From Eledone cirrhosa (Eukaryota): DNA of 64,000 nt. This document shows positions 1-14,608 of this stretch, one piece after another (the first letter of the stretch is position 1; the number at the start of each line of letters is the position of its first letter). The notes under the pieces were generated by a model. That model worked only from the letters and a program-made list of their open reading frames with translations, had not been told where the DNA came from and searched no databases. The DNA is taken from positions 21,638,001 through 21,702,000 of the forward strand of contig OZ024750.1 of NCBI GenBank assembly GCA_964016885.1. Direction: 5' to 3'. Made by a program: the position numbers and the translations under genes.

Positions 1-1359
1 ATAATGTGTTATTGTATTGAATTGGCAAAGTTGTTTGTGCGTTGGATAGACACCTTGCGTTATTCGTTCAGCTGCATATATCGCCGTGTAGGTGTTTACC
101 AAGTTTGCTTCACAGCCATATGGGTAGCTTCGCCAGTGTTCACCTCGATTTTCAATTGAGAAGGTAAAAATCAACTTGACCAGTTCAAATACCACCGAGG
201 TAACTTTGCATTCCCTCCTTTCGTGGAAGTTGAATAAAGCATTAGTCTTGTTCTTCTATGTTTTAGTATAATGAGTTAATTGTGGCGAATTAGAAATAGC
301 GTTAACGTACTGAATAGAAAGCCATGCATTTTTCGATCCGATATAAGTTCAAATCTTGCCAATGTCAACTTTACAAGTCCTCATTTCGTGCTTGATAACA
401 TATCAGGTGTGATCAATCACTGGTTGACTGAGTTTACTACTGCAAGCATATCGAGAGATCGTCTGGAGCAACTACCATACTAAGTATTCCATGTATGTGT
501 ATGTGTGTTTGTGTATGGCAAAGCAAACATCACGACAACTAGTTGATTTTTACCTTCTCAATTGAAAATCGAGGTGAACACTGGCGAAGCTACCCATATG
601 GCTGTGAAGCAAACTTGGTAAACACGCCTACACGGCGATATATGCAGCCGTTTTCATTTAAAATGTTATTTTTGGTAGCAATGATTTGAAACTTAAACAA
701 CAATTATCATGTTCTTTTGGACATTTATCATTTCAAAGTCGTTATAAAAACTGATAAAAGCATTGAATGCGAAGCAAACTCTTAGCCACAATCATATGGT
801 CATGCCAGTTTCTCCATTTTTATTATAATTATTTTACTGTTGGTCACAACGCTTTGAAATTTTAGCACAAAAAGAAACTCAAATTCGTTTGGCATTCTAA
901 AATTGTAAATACTAGTATAACCAATAAATGCAAAGCAAACATCTTAACCTTAAACACACGGCCATTCCTAAGCCTGTTTTCATTTAAAATATTTTATTGT
1001 AGCTAGCAACGATTTAAAACTTTTAGCAGAAAAGTTCTTTTGGCGTTATCAATTGAAACATCGAGGTGAAGAGTGGCGAAATATAAGCGATTATATCTGA
1101 CAGATGCTTTCGATATATATTTAGTCCCATATATAACCAGTTCATTCACAGACTGTTAACCTTTCGAAATATAACATGTCTGATGCAGATTATTGGACAA
1201 CTTTCACTTTTATGTTTCCCCATGGTATTTTGACTTTTACAACATAAGTTATTTCCCCTTATTCCCACCACGTCGTTACTTAGTCTAATCGTATATATGT
1301 GATGTGTATGTTTATTTATGTGTGTGGGGTTGTGTGGTTATATGCTTACGTGTGTAAAT

Positions 1360-1682
1360 ATACATATATATATATATATATTATATATATATATACAGAC
1401 ACACAACATATATATACAAACACACGCGCACGCATATATATGAATGTATGTATGTATGTATATATATATATATATATATGTGTGTATATATATGTATATG
1501 TATATATATGTATATATATATGTATATGTATATATATGTATATATATGTATATATATGTATATATATATGTATATATATATATGTGTATATATATGTATA
1601 TATATATGTATATATGTGTGTATATATATGTGTATATATATATATATATGTGTATATATATGTATATATGTATATATATATG

Positions 1683-1719
<37 letters not shown>

Positions 1720-1748
1720 GTATATGTATATGTATATATATATATGTG

Positions 1749-1805
<57 letters not shown>

Positions 1806-1809
1806 ATAT

Positions 1810-1850
<41 letters not shown>

Positions 1851-1900
1851 TATATATGTATATATGTATATATATATATGTATATATGTATATGTATATA

Positions 1901-1997
<97 letters not shown>

Positions 1998-2277
1998 ACA
2001 CCGGTATACACACTGGTACAGTCTGTTCATTTGTGTTTATATTAAAGTATGTGCTTGTGTGTTAATGTGTGTGTGTACGTTGATCTGTGTATATAAAACA
2101 AACACATTGATATACACTTTGGTTCAATGTGAATGTATGCGTCAGTATGTAATTGTATGAGTTAGTGCTTGTGTGCTTATGTATGCATATATATGCTTGA
2201 CCCTGTGCGTATGTAACTATAAGTAAAGAAAGCAATACAAATACACATACATACATACACACACACACAAACACACA

Positions 2278-2352
<75 letters not shown>

Positions 2353-2703
2353 TACTACGTAATGTAGTGGACATACGGATCAATAACTGTGTTGCAATGG
2401 AAAAAGTTAAAATACCTTGGTATAACTTTATATGTAACAATTATCGAATTATTATTTCTAACGTTGTTGTTGTTGTTGTCGTTGCTGCTGCTGCTGTCAG
2501 TGTTGTTGTTGTTGTTGTTGTTGTTGTTGCAGTTGTTTAGCTGCAGGTCAGCCCTGATCGAGCAGACCTTATGGCACTAAACATTTTATGTATGTTAATG
2601 TTGGTTTTACATTTCACAGCATGTATTTTCAATAAAAATACTCATAAAATAGCCAGATTATTGACACAGTAATGTAGCAATAGTGGTAGTAGTAGTAGTA
2701 GTG

Positions 2704-2778
<75 letters not shown>

Positions 2779-2845
2779 TTGGTGGTAGTGGTAGTAATAA
2801 AGCAATAGTAGTTGTAGTAGTAGCAGCAGCAGTAGCACACTAGTG

Positions 2846-2904
<59 letters not shown>

Positions 2905-2905
2905 T
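1360..2905. repeat. Compound microsatellites (TA/TG)n, (CA)n, (GTT)n, (TAG)n
   Basis: Directly visible. Similar tracts at about 10650-12050, 21360-22460, 27040-27345, 28530-29050, 33035-33570, 35030-35795, 39225-39630, 40360-41350, 48480-49885 and 59920-60630. Confidence 0.98.
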
Positions 2906-3231
2906 GGGTGGAGGGCCCTTTGATAGCCATTCAAATGCAACTAAGATTGTTGGGAAACGCACGGCTCCAAGATGCTCTGCAGTGTCCTGCAGTGGAATCG
3001 GAACCCCAAACGAGGTAGCTGTGAAGTAGTCAAGCAATCACACCTCTAACTTTTTTCATAATTCAATAGATACATGCAGTTTATTTTCAGCCTAATCAAA
3101 TTTTACGTCTATATATATACTGTATACATACACAACTTGTTCCTCGAGAGAATTCCAATGAGATTCAGTTTTCTTAAAGGTCTGAAAGAAGTGTTTCATA
3201 AAGTGCATAACATCGAGATGTTAGACGCAGT

Positions 3232-3422
3232 AATAGTTGTATCTACTTTTGGCACAAGGCCAGCAATTATCCCAGTGCATTACTGGTACTTTATTTTATC
3301 GACCCCCGTAAGGATGAAAGGCAAAGTTAACCTCGGCGGGATTTGAACTCAGACCATAAAGGGACGTAACTCTTTGATCCAGAGCATGGCGTCCGACCCC
3401 CTACCGATACTGCCAATCCACC
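3232..3422 (-). mobile_element. tRNA-derived SINE, family A (Nin/Deu-like core)
   Basis: Pol III A box (tggcagtatcgg) and B box (gagttcaaatccc), then core tttgcctttcatccttacggggtcgataaaataaagtaccag and tail gaaacaatta. Many copies in the window. Confidence 0.9.
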
Positions 3423-3809
3423 GGTAATAATGTTAGTGGGGGTTAGAAAGACGGATGGGGGAGCTGAGTTTGTTTGGCTGGCGAGAGGGTACGGGGTGAG
3501 ACTATATGGGAAATTTAGTAATAATCTGGGCTACAACTGATGATGTTGTTAGATGACGGGTACGGGAATGATTGGGAGTTCGATTTCTCCGGGTAGAGAA
3601 GATACGTGATGAAGTGAGTTCAAATATGAAGCTAACATTGCTCTTTATCTTGTCAGAGTAGATAAAGTACTTGCTCAGTGCTGAAGCTGTTCTTTCGCTC
3701 TTTTTCTATCTCTTTCTTTCTCTTACATTCTCTCTCTCTGGGATTCTCTCACTTTTGCACTCTCTCTCTCTCTCTCTCTCTGTCTCTCTGGCATTCTCTC
3801 ACTTTTGCA

Positions 3810-3840
<31 letters not shown>

Positions 3841-3887
3841 TCACTTTCTCTAGCACTCTCTACTACTACCACTACTACTATTACTAA

Positions 3888-3945
<58 letters not shown>

Positions 3946-4429
3946 GGTAGTAGTAGTACATTTAACACGACAATCTCTGAACTTCTAAGCATGTATATAA
4001 AAGATGAACGATCGCCAGGAAAAGCAGGCAGTCTATCTGTCATTATTTGTTTCCTGATACAGACGGTGTCTCACTTCGGTTCCGTCGTACTAAACACCTC
4101 AGGACTCATCTTTTACATACTTCCGTCTCACTGGAATATCTCTCTAGCCTAAGACCTCCCTATAGATATCAGTCTATAACAGTTCAAACAGAACTTAATT
4201 AGATTGACCTCCCCTGTTTGACATGTACACTTTCACCTTTGACACTGGTTCTCATGTATTTTTCGACCAAAATAATAAATAAGATGTCATATAAGTTTGT
4301 TAGGAGTTTATTTGTCTTTTATACTGAACTAGGAATTAGTATCTGATCATAAAGCCAAAAGATCGATTACTTAGATTGGAGCATCAATGTCATATCAGAA
4401 ACATTCATTAACACACTAACACACACACT

Positions 4430-4504
<75 letters not shown>

Positions 4505-4574
4505 GTGTGGGTTTGTTATGATATATATATATTTATATAGATCAGTGTATGTATGTCTGAATACATACATATAT

Positions 4575-4780
4575 ATAATAGGAAAAGAGTCAGGACCCCG
4601 ACGGAAGAGCTCCGACCGTTTCGACAGCTAGATCCGAACGAGTCCGGATCTAGCTGTCTAAACGGCCAGAGCTCACCCGTCGGGTCCTGACTCTTTTCCT
4701 ATTACCCACTCTACTACCCTAAATATCGAATACTCTGGTGTGTTATGGTCCACCTGGTATCTTACCACATCTTCTTTGTT
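4575..4780 (+). mobile_element. Fold-back element, family 3 (3' half of a hammerhead: stem II-GAAA-stem III-GUC-stem I')
   Basis: Palindrome at about 4577-4703 then an ~75-bp tail, within (TA)n. Family motif GAAA-cggct-tgagctc-agccg-TC-ggggtc is clearest at 36416-36444. Other copies at 32712-32818, 36398-36535, 39457-39586, 43476-43654 and 59022-59162. Confidence 0.65.
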
Positions 4781-4830
4781 ATATATATATATTATATTGT
4801 GTTATATTATATTATATTATATTATTTAAG

Positions 4831-5048
4831 GAGGTGGATTGGCAGTATCGGTAGAGGGTCGGACGCCAGGCTTTGCAGCATAGAGTTATGGCCCTTGCCA
4901 TTCTGAGTTCAAATCCCGCCGAGGTTAACTTTGCCTTTCATCCTTACGGGGTCGATAAAATAAAGTACCAGTCACGCACTGGGGTCGATTTAATCGACTT
5001 CTCCCTCCACCAAAATTGCTGGCCTTGTGCCTATATAAGAAACAATTA
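4831..5048 (+). mobile_element. SINE family A, long variant
   Basis: Same head and core; retains the ggggtcgatttaatcgact segment that most copies lack. Confidence 0.9.
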
Positions 5049-5262
5049 TATGATGTTATATTATATTATATTATATTATATTATGTTATATTATATTATA
5101 TTATATTATGTTATATTATGTTATGTTATGTTATATTATATTATTCATATTCATACACGGAACAAAAGCGCTACCTAAGGTTTCAAAGCCCAATATTGAC
5201 CATATTTCCAGATGTAAGAGAGATCAAAATTGAGACCTAATCTTACGGCACTAATCCGAATT

Positions 5263-5322
<60 letters not shown>

Positions 5323-5446
5323 AAAGAGAGGGAAGGAGGAGAGATAACGAATCCTATGTTTTGTATTTTAGGAAGAACGAGAATTCATTTCTTATTTTTT
5401 TATCGTTTACAGTATGTTATAAAATAAGCAGCTACTTCTATCTAAA

Positions 5447-5820
5447 TAATTGTTTCTACTTTTCGCACAAGGCCAGAAATTACGCCAGTGCATTACTGGT
5501 ACTTTATTTTATCGACCCTGTAAGGATGAAAGGCAAAGTTAACCTCATCGGGATTTGAACTCAGAATGGCAAGGGCCATTAACTCTATGCTACAACGCAT
5601 GGCGTCCGACCGTCTACCGATACTGCCTCTCTAAATAATTGTTTCTACTATTGGCACAAGGGCAGCAATTATCCAGTACATTACTGGTACTTTATTTTAT
5701 CGACCCCGTAAGGATGAAAGGCAAAGTTAACCTCGGCGGGATTTGAACTCAGAATGGCAAGGGGCGTAATTCTATACGCCAAAGCATGGCGTCCGACCCT
5801 CTACCGATCCTGCCAATTCT
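5447..5820 (-). mobile_element. SINE family A tandem dimer
   Basis: Two head-to-tail copies (about 5447-5627 and 5635-5820), separated and flanked by tctaaataat. Confidence 0.9.
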
Positions 5821-6394
5821 CTCTAAATAATAAGTGCCAGTAATATCCTGGAATATAACCAAGGTAAACTTTCAGCATTTAGAGCGTCGGAAGAAATGCC
5901 TTGTATATTATATTTCATCTCTTTGTCCGCTGAGCGTATTGTCTGTCATTGTCTGCTTATCTGGTAGAATTAATTCGTTACTCTCGGCCGTAGGCGGCAA
6001 TATTGAAGTCCTCACTCTTGCAAGCTGTCGAATCATATCTTCGGTTTGCAGCTACATCTCTCACGTTCACACTAGTGAAGGCGTGCCTTGAAAATGATCT
6101 TAGGCACATCGCATTCTCTTCACAAATGATAAAAATATTAAATATTATGGATATTCAAATTGAACAGTGTGTGCTTAGGCTGATCTTGGCATAAAAGGTA
6201 CAATCCTTCCGATGCTCTTCTAAATAGTTTGTCAATCAAATTGCCCTCTGCAAAGATATTGCTTTGCCATACTGATTACATTAGGAGCAGAGGTATCTGT
6301 GAAATAGTCAGACATATAATGTCTCAGGGGAGGAAAGTTTCTAGGTGAAAATCTCAGTCATTCGTGATCGAATGTATGTACATACATAAATTTA

Positions 6395-6437
<43 letters not shown>

Positions 6438-6452
6438 GTGTGTGTATATATA

Positions 6453-6584
<132 letters not shown>

Positions 6585-6785
6585 TAGATGTATATATATA
6601 TATGTGTGTGTGTTTACCTATATGTGCTCCATTTTCCTTACATTTACGTGTCTGTTATTTTCTGCATGAACTCTTGTGAACATGAATTTGAGAGTGTGTT
6701 TATGCATGCATATATGTGTACGTAGATATGTATTAGTGTACGCGTGTGTTTTTATTCTCTTCACAAATGATAAAAATATTAAACA

Positions 6786-7830
6786 CTAGCCGAGTTACCC
6801 GCGCCTTGCTGCGTTTTTCACACATTTTTTTTTTTTTTCTGTATGAAAATGATGATTGATTTTAAATCAGTGATATATTTAATAGAGAAAAACTCTGCAT
6901 TCCAATATTAGTCAATGTAAAATGTAATGCAGGAAAAATTGGAAAACATTTTTTTGTAATATATCAAATTAAAATTACATTATTAAATCTTATTCTTATT
7001 TTGTTTCTTGTAAATATTTTTTTTCAAAATTTCAATTCAAAACTTGATCATTTCATTTTTGTGTAAAGCATTATTTTGAAATTAGAAATTCAAAGTTTAA
7101 TTATTTATTTTTTAACATAATAAATACATGAAAATATATTTCATACTTTGTCCTAATGCAGAACTTCGGGGTAAACAACATTTCTTGTCTTTCTTCGATT
7201 GGCTAAAATGTAGAGATTTTTTGAAGTTCCAGTCCTTGAAACAGCCACATAAAACATGCCATGACTGAAACATGGGTTTGTCAGATCTATACCAATAGTT
7301 TTGAAAGTTTGACTTTGACTCTTATTGATGCTCATGGCAAAGCATGGCCTTACTGGGAACTGCAGCCTCTTACATGTAAAAGGTAACTCGCTATCACTTG
7401 GTATAAGTGGAATCCTCGGAATGAGAAGAGCTTGACCTTTGTAAGCCCCGAATATAATGGTTGCTTCAATCAAGTTCTCATGCAATCTTGTTACAACACA
7501 TCTTGTATTGGCCAAAGTTTTCACTATAGGGGGTTTAACCCCCATTAGGGTGTCTTAATATTATTGAAATTTGTTGACATTTTGTGAATAGGCACCATAT
7601 CTTGTCATTTACCTATGCTTTAAATTTCATATAAATCGAAGGGAAAAGATTTTCAGCGGGCATTCGTGCCCCGGGGAACCCTTTGATTAAGATGAAATAT
7701 ACTTATCCAAGTACCCTGTGCAATGTAGTTTCAGATTATATATGGTTATGGGGGTCTATCTCCAAAACCATAGGAAGAGTTCGTGAACAAACAAACAAAC
7801 AGACAGGAACTACAACTTTATATATATAGA
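6786..7830 (-). mobile_element. Internally deleted Helitron retaining the PIF1-like helicase C-terminus
   Basis: Minus strand starts A|TCTATATATATAAAG and ends with a GC-rich segment followed by CTAG|T, so it is inserted between A and T with no TSD. Contains the helicase fragment at 7153-7505. Confidence 0.9.
7153..7505 (-). pseudogene. Helitron RepHel PIF1-family helicase C-terminal fragment
   Basis: IPRIPLIPSD...RLQFPVRPCFAMSINKSQSQT...GIDL..PCFSHGMFYVAVSR...TRNVVYPEVL, corresponding to PIF1 helicase motifs V and VI. Confidence 0.92.
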
Positions 7831-7853
7831 TTAGCCTTTTCATACACAATTAG

Positions 7854-7920
7854 CGTTGCTAACTATCATCCGTTGCTAACTATCATCCGTTGCTAACTAT
7901 CATCCGTTGCTAACTATCAT
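7854..7920. repeat. 17-bp tandem repeat x4 upstream of the exon A acceptor
   Basis: (cgttgctaactatcatc)x4. Confidence 0.95.
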
Positions 7921-7970
7921 GGTAAAGATGTTTAATGGTTTTCTGTTGTTTATTTTGTCTTGTATTTCAG

Positions 7971-8157
7971 GTATTACATTTGACGTTCGTCTTGACCAAA
8001 TGAGATTGGTTATTGAGAGAGCAATACAGATTTGGACAGAAGCATTAATAGTTTTGGCGCGGCATTCAACAAACTTAAACAGTCCATCCTTTCATTTGAA
8101 TATGTCATGTGACGGAACCCGACCGCTACGATGGGAAGAGGGCAAACGTTTATATAA
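7971..8157 (+). CDS. NMDA-type glutamate receptor subunit (GluN2/Nmdar2-like), internal exon A, amino-terminal domain
   Basis: Pyrimidine-rich acceptor ttgtatttcag|, donor AA|gtaggt. Encodes (G)ITFDVRLDQMRLVIERAIQIWTEALIVLARHSTNLNSPSFHLNMSCDGTRPLRWEEGKRLY(K). Ends in phase 2, matching exon B. The SC...W..G..LY pattern resembles the distal ATD of NMDA receptors. Confidence 0.8.
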
Positions 8158-8259
8158 GTAGGTGGTTGTTCATATATAAAAAAAAATTAAATTCAGCATT
8201 TTAATTTCAGTTATTCCTGGATCACTATACTGAGTGAAAGTTTTGATATATTCATAATA

Positions 8260-8450
8260 ATTGTTTCTATATTTGGCACAAGGCCAACAATTATCCCAGT
8301 ACATTACTGGCACTTTATTTTATCGACCCCATAACCATAAAAGGCAAAGTTAACCCCGGCGGGATTTGAGCTCAAACTATAAAGGGTCGTAACTCTATAC
8401 TGCAAAGCATGGCATCCGACCCTCAGCTGATACTGCCAATCCACCGCCCT
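8260..8450 (-). mobile_element. SINE family A with 11-bp TSD
   Basis: TSD tattcataata at 8249-8259 and 8451-8461. Confidence 0.9.
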
Positions 8451-9057
8451 TATTCATAATAGTATAGGCACAGACGTGATTGTGTGGTTAAGACGTGCCC
8501 TCCGCCATCATAATGCCTCACTTTGGGCTATATAGTTGTTTATAGCCTCTGGTAAGCGAAAGCTGAACAGAAATCCTTCCAATATGTACATGTGGGGCAG
8601 GAGAGTCGTTGACACCGTTTCAAAGCCGGTGTCCATTGGTGATTTGCCGAATACAGATCAATAGGATAAACTGGTCAAGACAATACTCCAGCATGACCGT
8701 AGTTAAAATTGTAAAACTGAAAACAGTAAAAGATTTAAAAACATAGTAGATATATTTGCATTGATTAATGACTCTTACAAGACTATTTTACTGTTTTTCT
8801 CTTTAATATATAAATATATAAAGTATGTCCATAGAATCATTTGATAAAATATATACATCATCTCCTCTCCCAATCAGCATAATCAACCACACAAAAAAAA
8901 CTAATTAAACAAGGCTATAAGATTAAAAGGCACCTATGAAGAAATAATAGATAAATAAACGACAGCTATCTATCCGCCATCAACAGCTATAGAATATTTA
9001 CCCAGCATTTCTAATAGCACGTGGAAATCGATTAAATATATCGTCAACCATACACAA

Positions 9058-10165
9058 TCTATATATATAAAACTGAGGTTGTCTGTCTGTCTATCGATTT
9101 TTGGCACACATCTCCTCTTAGAATCTCTCACGGAATTGCACCGAAATTGCTATACTTGTACATTGAGCCCTAGCGAAGACATCGGAAAAAAATATTTCAA
9201 ATTGACCCGCCCTATCTGACGAAATCGAATATAATGTATCGATTTTTGAGCGTAAGTGATCAGTTATTTCCCTTTGTTCTGTTTACATTCAGCGTAGCGT
9301 CTTACGTTCTCTTTACATTTTCTGCGTGCAAAAATTAAAAAAATGATTTCCCTTTGTTCTGTTTACATTCAGCGTAACGTCTTACGTTCTGTTTACATTT
9401 TCTGCGTGCAAAAATTAAAAAAATTACGCTGGCAAAAATTAAAAAAATTACGCTGGCTTTCTCAGCGTTTAAAATGACATTAACACAATACACGAACAGT
9501 TGTCGAGCCAGCAAAATTTTGACCTGCAAAATTCATCAGTTCGAACACTAAGCTTCCGTTTTGCTTCATTTCCATTTAAAAGCCTTTTAAAACAATATTT
9601 TTACTTGAAAACAAGTCTATTTAAAGACTACGTAAAACAAGCAAATATTTCGTAAAAAAAAGCAAAAATTATATAAGTTTATTTAAAATATATGTATCTG
9701 TAAATTTCGTTAGGCGTGCAGAGAGGTGATATACGCGTGCAGACAGATAGTCGTGCAGAGAGGTGATATACGCGTGCAGACAGACAGTCGTGCAGAGAGG
9801 TGATATACGCGTGCAGACAGACAGTCGTGCAGAGAGGTGATATAGGCGTGCAGACAGACATAACTGATAATTTGGTTACGCTAATGTTTTTCTCTGCGTT
9901 GCAGTGTTTACATTTTCGATCTTTGTTAATAAATAACCAGTGCAGTTTTTATCCCCAGCATCCTCTTTTGTTATAACATTCGGGTTATCGTTATGTTTTC
10001 TTAACTTCATAAGGTATATTGTTGGTTGAGGGAATATTAATCAAAAACACCACATGCAAGTCTGCACAGTAGACACTACAGTTTTTAAGCCAAAAAAGAA
10101 ACTTAACATTGTAACTTTAACACAGCTACTGAGCGACCCCGAGCAACGCCGGGCTTTACTGCTAG
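9058..10165 (+). mobile_element. Non-autonomous Helitron
   Basis: 5' end A|TCTATATATATAAAACTGAGGTTGTCTGTCTGTC; 3' hairpin CCCG-agcaacgc-CGGG then CTAG|T. Contains internal tandem duplications. Confidence 0.85.
9716..9860. repeat. 37-bp minisatellite x4 inside the Helitron
   Basis: Unit gtgcagagaggtgatatacgcgtgcagacagacagtc. An ~80-bp tandem duplication also lies at about 9265-9420. Confidence 0.9.
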
Positions 10166-10667
10166 TTAGGTATAAAATCAAAGTTAGAAGAAAAAATGTA
10201 TATAAACATACCAAAATTATGTTTCAATATATATATATATATAGTCATTAGATAAATGAAAATATATCCACTCTGTTTTATGGATTAAATAAAAGATAAC
10301 TGAACTACCGTCATTTCCTGCTATATGTGTTTCAGTTGTTTGGTCGACAGAACAAGCTATTCATTAGATTGGTGGCTGGGCTGAATATTCCACAAAGACG
10401 TGTAAACCTAAAGTAATTCTTATGGATATTCAAATTGAACAGTGTGCTTAGGCTGATCTTCGCAAAAAAGGTACAATCCTTCCAATGCTTTTCTAAATAG
10501 TTTCTGTCAATCAAATTCCCCTCTACAAAGGCACTGCTTTGTCACACTGACTACATTAGGAGTACAGGTATCTGTGAAATAGTCAGACATATAATGTCTC
10601 AGAAGAGGAAAGTTTCTAGGTGCAAATCTTAAAATCATTCGTGATCGAATACATATACATATATATG

Positions 10668-10751
<84 letters not shown>

Positions 10752-10785
10752 TGTATGTATGTATGTACGTATGTATGTATGTATG

Positions 10786-10817
<32 letters not shown>

Positions 10818-10873
10818 TGTATGTACGTATGTACGTATGTATGTATATATATGTATGTATGTATGTATGTATA

Positions 10874-10938
<65 letters not shown>

Positions 10939-10959
10939 GTATATATATATGTATGTATG

Positions 10960-10996
<37 letters not shown>

Positions 10997-11015
10997 ATAT
11001 ATATATATATATATG

Positions 11016-11062
<47 letters not shown>

Positions 11063-11228
11063 ATATGTATATATATATATATATATATGTGTATGTATGT
11101 ATGTATATGTATATATGTATATATATATATTTAATAAATGTTATGTCTTCATAATTTAGTTATGTCTTCATTACGTTTATTGAATATACATATATATATA
11201 TATATATAGAAAGAGAGAGAGAGTGGAG

Positions 11229-11316
<88 letters not shown>

Positions 11317-11593
11317 TAAATGAACTGCACTTTCTTACTTTTTTCTGCATGAACTCATGTGAACATGAATTTGAGTGTGTTTATGCATGCATATATGTGT
11401 ACGTAATTGTTTTAGTGTACGCGTCTGTTTGTATATGTATAAATCGTTTGTAACTCGAAGCACTTATATAAACTGAAGGAAAATATTTTTTAATCAATCT
11501 CACAATTTCAAAACAATATCAAATTCAAATAAATTTTTCCAGACAAAATCTAAAGAAAAATATTGTGTGGATGATTGACAAAAGCAAATATAA

Positions 11594-11667
<74 letters not shown>

Positions 11668-11741
11668 TATGTTTATAATGTATATATATATATATGTATA
11701 TATATGCGTAAATATGCTTAAACATATATATATATATATAT

Positions 11742-11773
<32 letters not shown>

Positions 11774-11841
11774 ATATTATATATATATATATTATATATA
11801 TATATTATATATATTATATATATATATTATATATATTATAT

Positions 11842-11874
<33 letters not shown>

Positions 11875-11920
11875 ATATATATATATATATTATATATATA
11901 TATATTATATATATATATTA

Positions 11921-11963
<43 letters not shown>

Positions 11964-13074
11964 TATATAAATATATATATATGCATATCTATCTATCTGT
12001 CTTCTCTTCTCTCTCTTTCTTATATATATATATATATATATATATACGAATATAGAAGATGTATATTCATATATATGTATATATACGTGCTTATATATAC
12101 ATGCGTATATAATATATACATACTTTCATACGTATATGTCTATGAATATTCTGAATAATTCATTTGAGTCTATTGTTGCTTCAAGTTAAATTTCCATTCA
12201 AGTATTCTAGTGGTTTAACTGATTGTCTTGGTGGTATACAAATGAGAAAAAAATACCGAATCTCTAAAAGTCTGCTATTTTTTAAATAAAGATTCATTAC
12301 CGCTATTTGATTATTATGCATTAAGCTATTAGATTTTCTTCCTTCCATTCTCTCTATTGGAATTATCTTACAGCTTTTCTGATTTATTTTTTCTCATGTG
12401 TGTGTGTGTGTGTGTATGTGTGTATATGTGTGTGTGTTTGTGTATGTTTGTGTGTGTGTGCGTGTGTGTGTGTGTGTGTATGTGTGTATGTGTTTCTCTG
12501 TGTGTTTCGTCCTGATGAAATATGTTTATAATTTTTGTTTACAATGGTACATTTTTTTCTTTCCAATAAAACATACTTTTAGCATTTGAAAAAAAATTTC
12601 AACGCCCAGTATTCTTTATATTCCATATATTTCTTTGGCCATAGTGATGATAGAAAATCGTGTTAGTCTGGACACTTGCTGTTTTTTGTTGTTCTTCCTG
12701 CTGTTGCTGCTCTTGTTGTTGTTATTGAAGTTGTCGCTATTGTTAGTTTGTGTCTTTGGAGGCGTAGTTTTCGTGACTTGGCTATCAAATAAGACTGAAT
12801 CGTGTTTCCAAATTTCAAATTGTCTTCCAAGCTCGCCCATTTTCTTCAACCATTTAAATTATTTATGTGCTTTATTTTCATTTCCACTCGTCTTTATAGA
12901 TAATATGCTCCATATAAATATTTCTACTTGATATAAATGAATAAAGTGTTATTTAGTTATATAGAAATGAATATTTTAAAACTAGATTTGATTATGTTCT
13001 GAGTTCAATATTTGATCAGATACTAATTAGCTTTTCATTCATCCAGAGAGAAAGAATGTTTTCTTCATTCATCC

Positions 13075-13560
13075 CTAGTTGGAGATTTGGGGAGGCTGAC
13101 CTTGGCATTGTCGAGGTTGAGGCGCTGCAACAGGTCTTCCTTTTCTTTCGCCCATGTCTTCTTTGGTGGTCTGTGCTGGATTCTTCAGTGCATGGGTCGC
13201 TGTTGCGACAACGGCTGGTGTGGTAATCTTCTGGTGCTCATCCTGCAGATGTGGCCAAACCACTGTAGCCTGCGTGGCCGGATTTGTTCTCCATTGGTCG
13301 GCTTCTGTTGGCATTGTTCATAGGTGCTGTCGTTTGAGATTCGATCGCGTAGAGAGATTCCATGGATCTGAAGAAGACATTGTTTTTGGAACACCTCAAG
13401 CGTGTTCAGGTCTTATTTGAGGATGTTTCGGGTCTCAGCGCAGTCGAGGAGGAAAGTTAGTAGGAACCGCGTGCAGAGAAAATGGATCTTGGTCCTTAGG
13501 GAGATATAAAACTTCTTATATCGAAGGGATCCAAATGCAGAAATCGCATACCCGATTCAG
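13075..13560 (-). mobile_element. RTE-like LINE ORF C-terminal remnant
   Basis: LEVFQKQCLLQIHGISLRDRISN...IRPRRLQWFGHICRM; contains stop codons. Confidence 0.85.
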
Positions 13561-13961
13561 CAGTTGATCTCTGTTGTTGATAACACAATGTTTTAACACT
13601 TTTCATATCAAACAGTCAGAAACCGCTTCCTGTTCTGTGATACAAAACTGTTTATCTACAAACTTTCCATCAAGGTTCTATGTATGAACTTTTGCTAAGT
13701 GATGCTCCAAACTCCAACTAAATGATGACAATTTAATATTATTAAATCCTTCCAAATTCTTCATCATTTTCAAAATTATTTCAAAATCATAAGCACTGTG
13801 TCTCATTAGAATTATGTAACGAAACCGATAAAGTGCCAATCATAATGATTTTTCTTTTCTTTTGACGGCGAGTATGCTTTCAGTTAAGTAAAGAAATATT
13901 TGTTCAGTACGTGTAGTTAACATTGTTAGTAGCATCTCTAGTGTTCTTCCATCGTCAGATC

Positions 13962-14205
13962 GAAAGTAACACAGAGGAGACTGAGGTTAGCTGGGCATGC
14001 TCACCAACATTCAGAGTTGACACTTCACTCAGTGCTCTTGTGGGAGCTCCTACACGGACACTCTAGAAGAGGGAGACCGAGATTGACATATATTGATGCC
14101 CTAAGAACCGACACTCGTCTCTGGGAGACGAAGGACATGGCGGTGATGATGAAGGACAGAGACCGGTGGAGCGAACTCGTCCATGGATCTCGAGAATTTT
14201 ACCCG
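13962..14205 (+). mobile_element. RTE-like LINE 3' end
   Basis: RRLRLAGHAHQHSEL...LLWE..HG.SRRGRPRLTYIDAL..DT...MKDRDRW. Homologues at 18742-18930 and 42748-43112. Confidence 0.85.
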
Positions 14206-14226
14206 TACTATATATATAGTACGGGT

Positions 14227-14415
<189 letters not shown>

Positions 14416-14537
14416 AGGAGGTGAGTTTTATTGTACTACAATAAAGCAATGCAGATATCGGATAAGTAGCACTCTACAGTTTGTGCGACTGGAGTATAAA
14501 TAATATAAGAGCAAAAGATGGTTCAAAGAGTTCCATG

Positions 14538-14608
14538 TATTTTATTATGCGCATTTCAAAAACAAATATCATCATGAGATTACATTTGCGTTTTCGTCAG
14601 ATAAAATA
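14538..14608 (-). ncRNA. Type I hammerhead fold, family 1 (inverted copy)
   Basis: Near-perfect reverse complement of 14732-14802; core intact. Confidence 0.8.

Noticed and set aside
1299-2065. Long YI/VC/HT-repeat ORFs here and throughout the ORF track
   Set aside because: Translations of (TA)n, (TG)n and (ATAC)n microsatellites that merely lack stop codons.
9716-9860. 37-bp repeats of CRISPR-like length
   Set aside because: Contiguous tandem units with no unique spacers, inside a Helitron in eukaryotic DNA.
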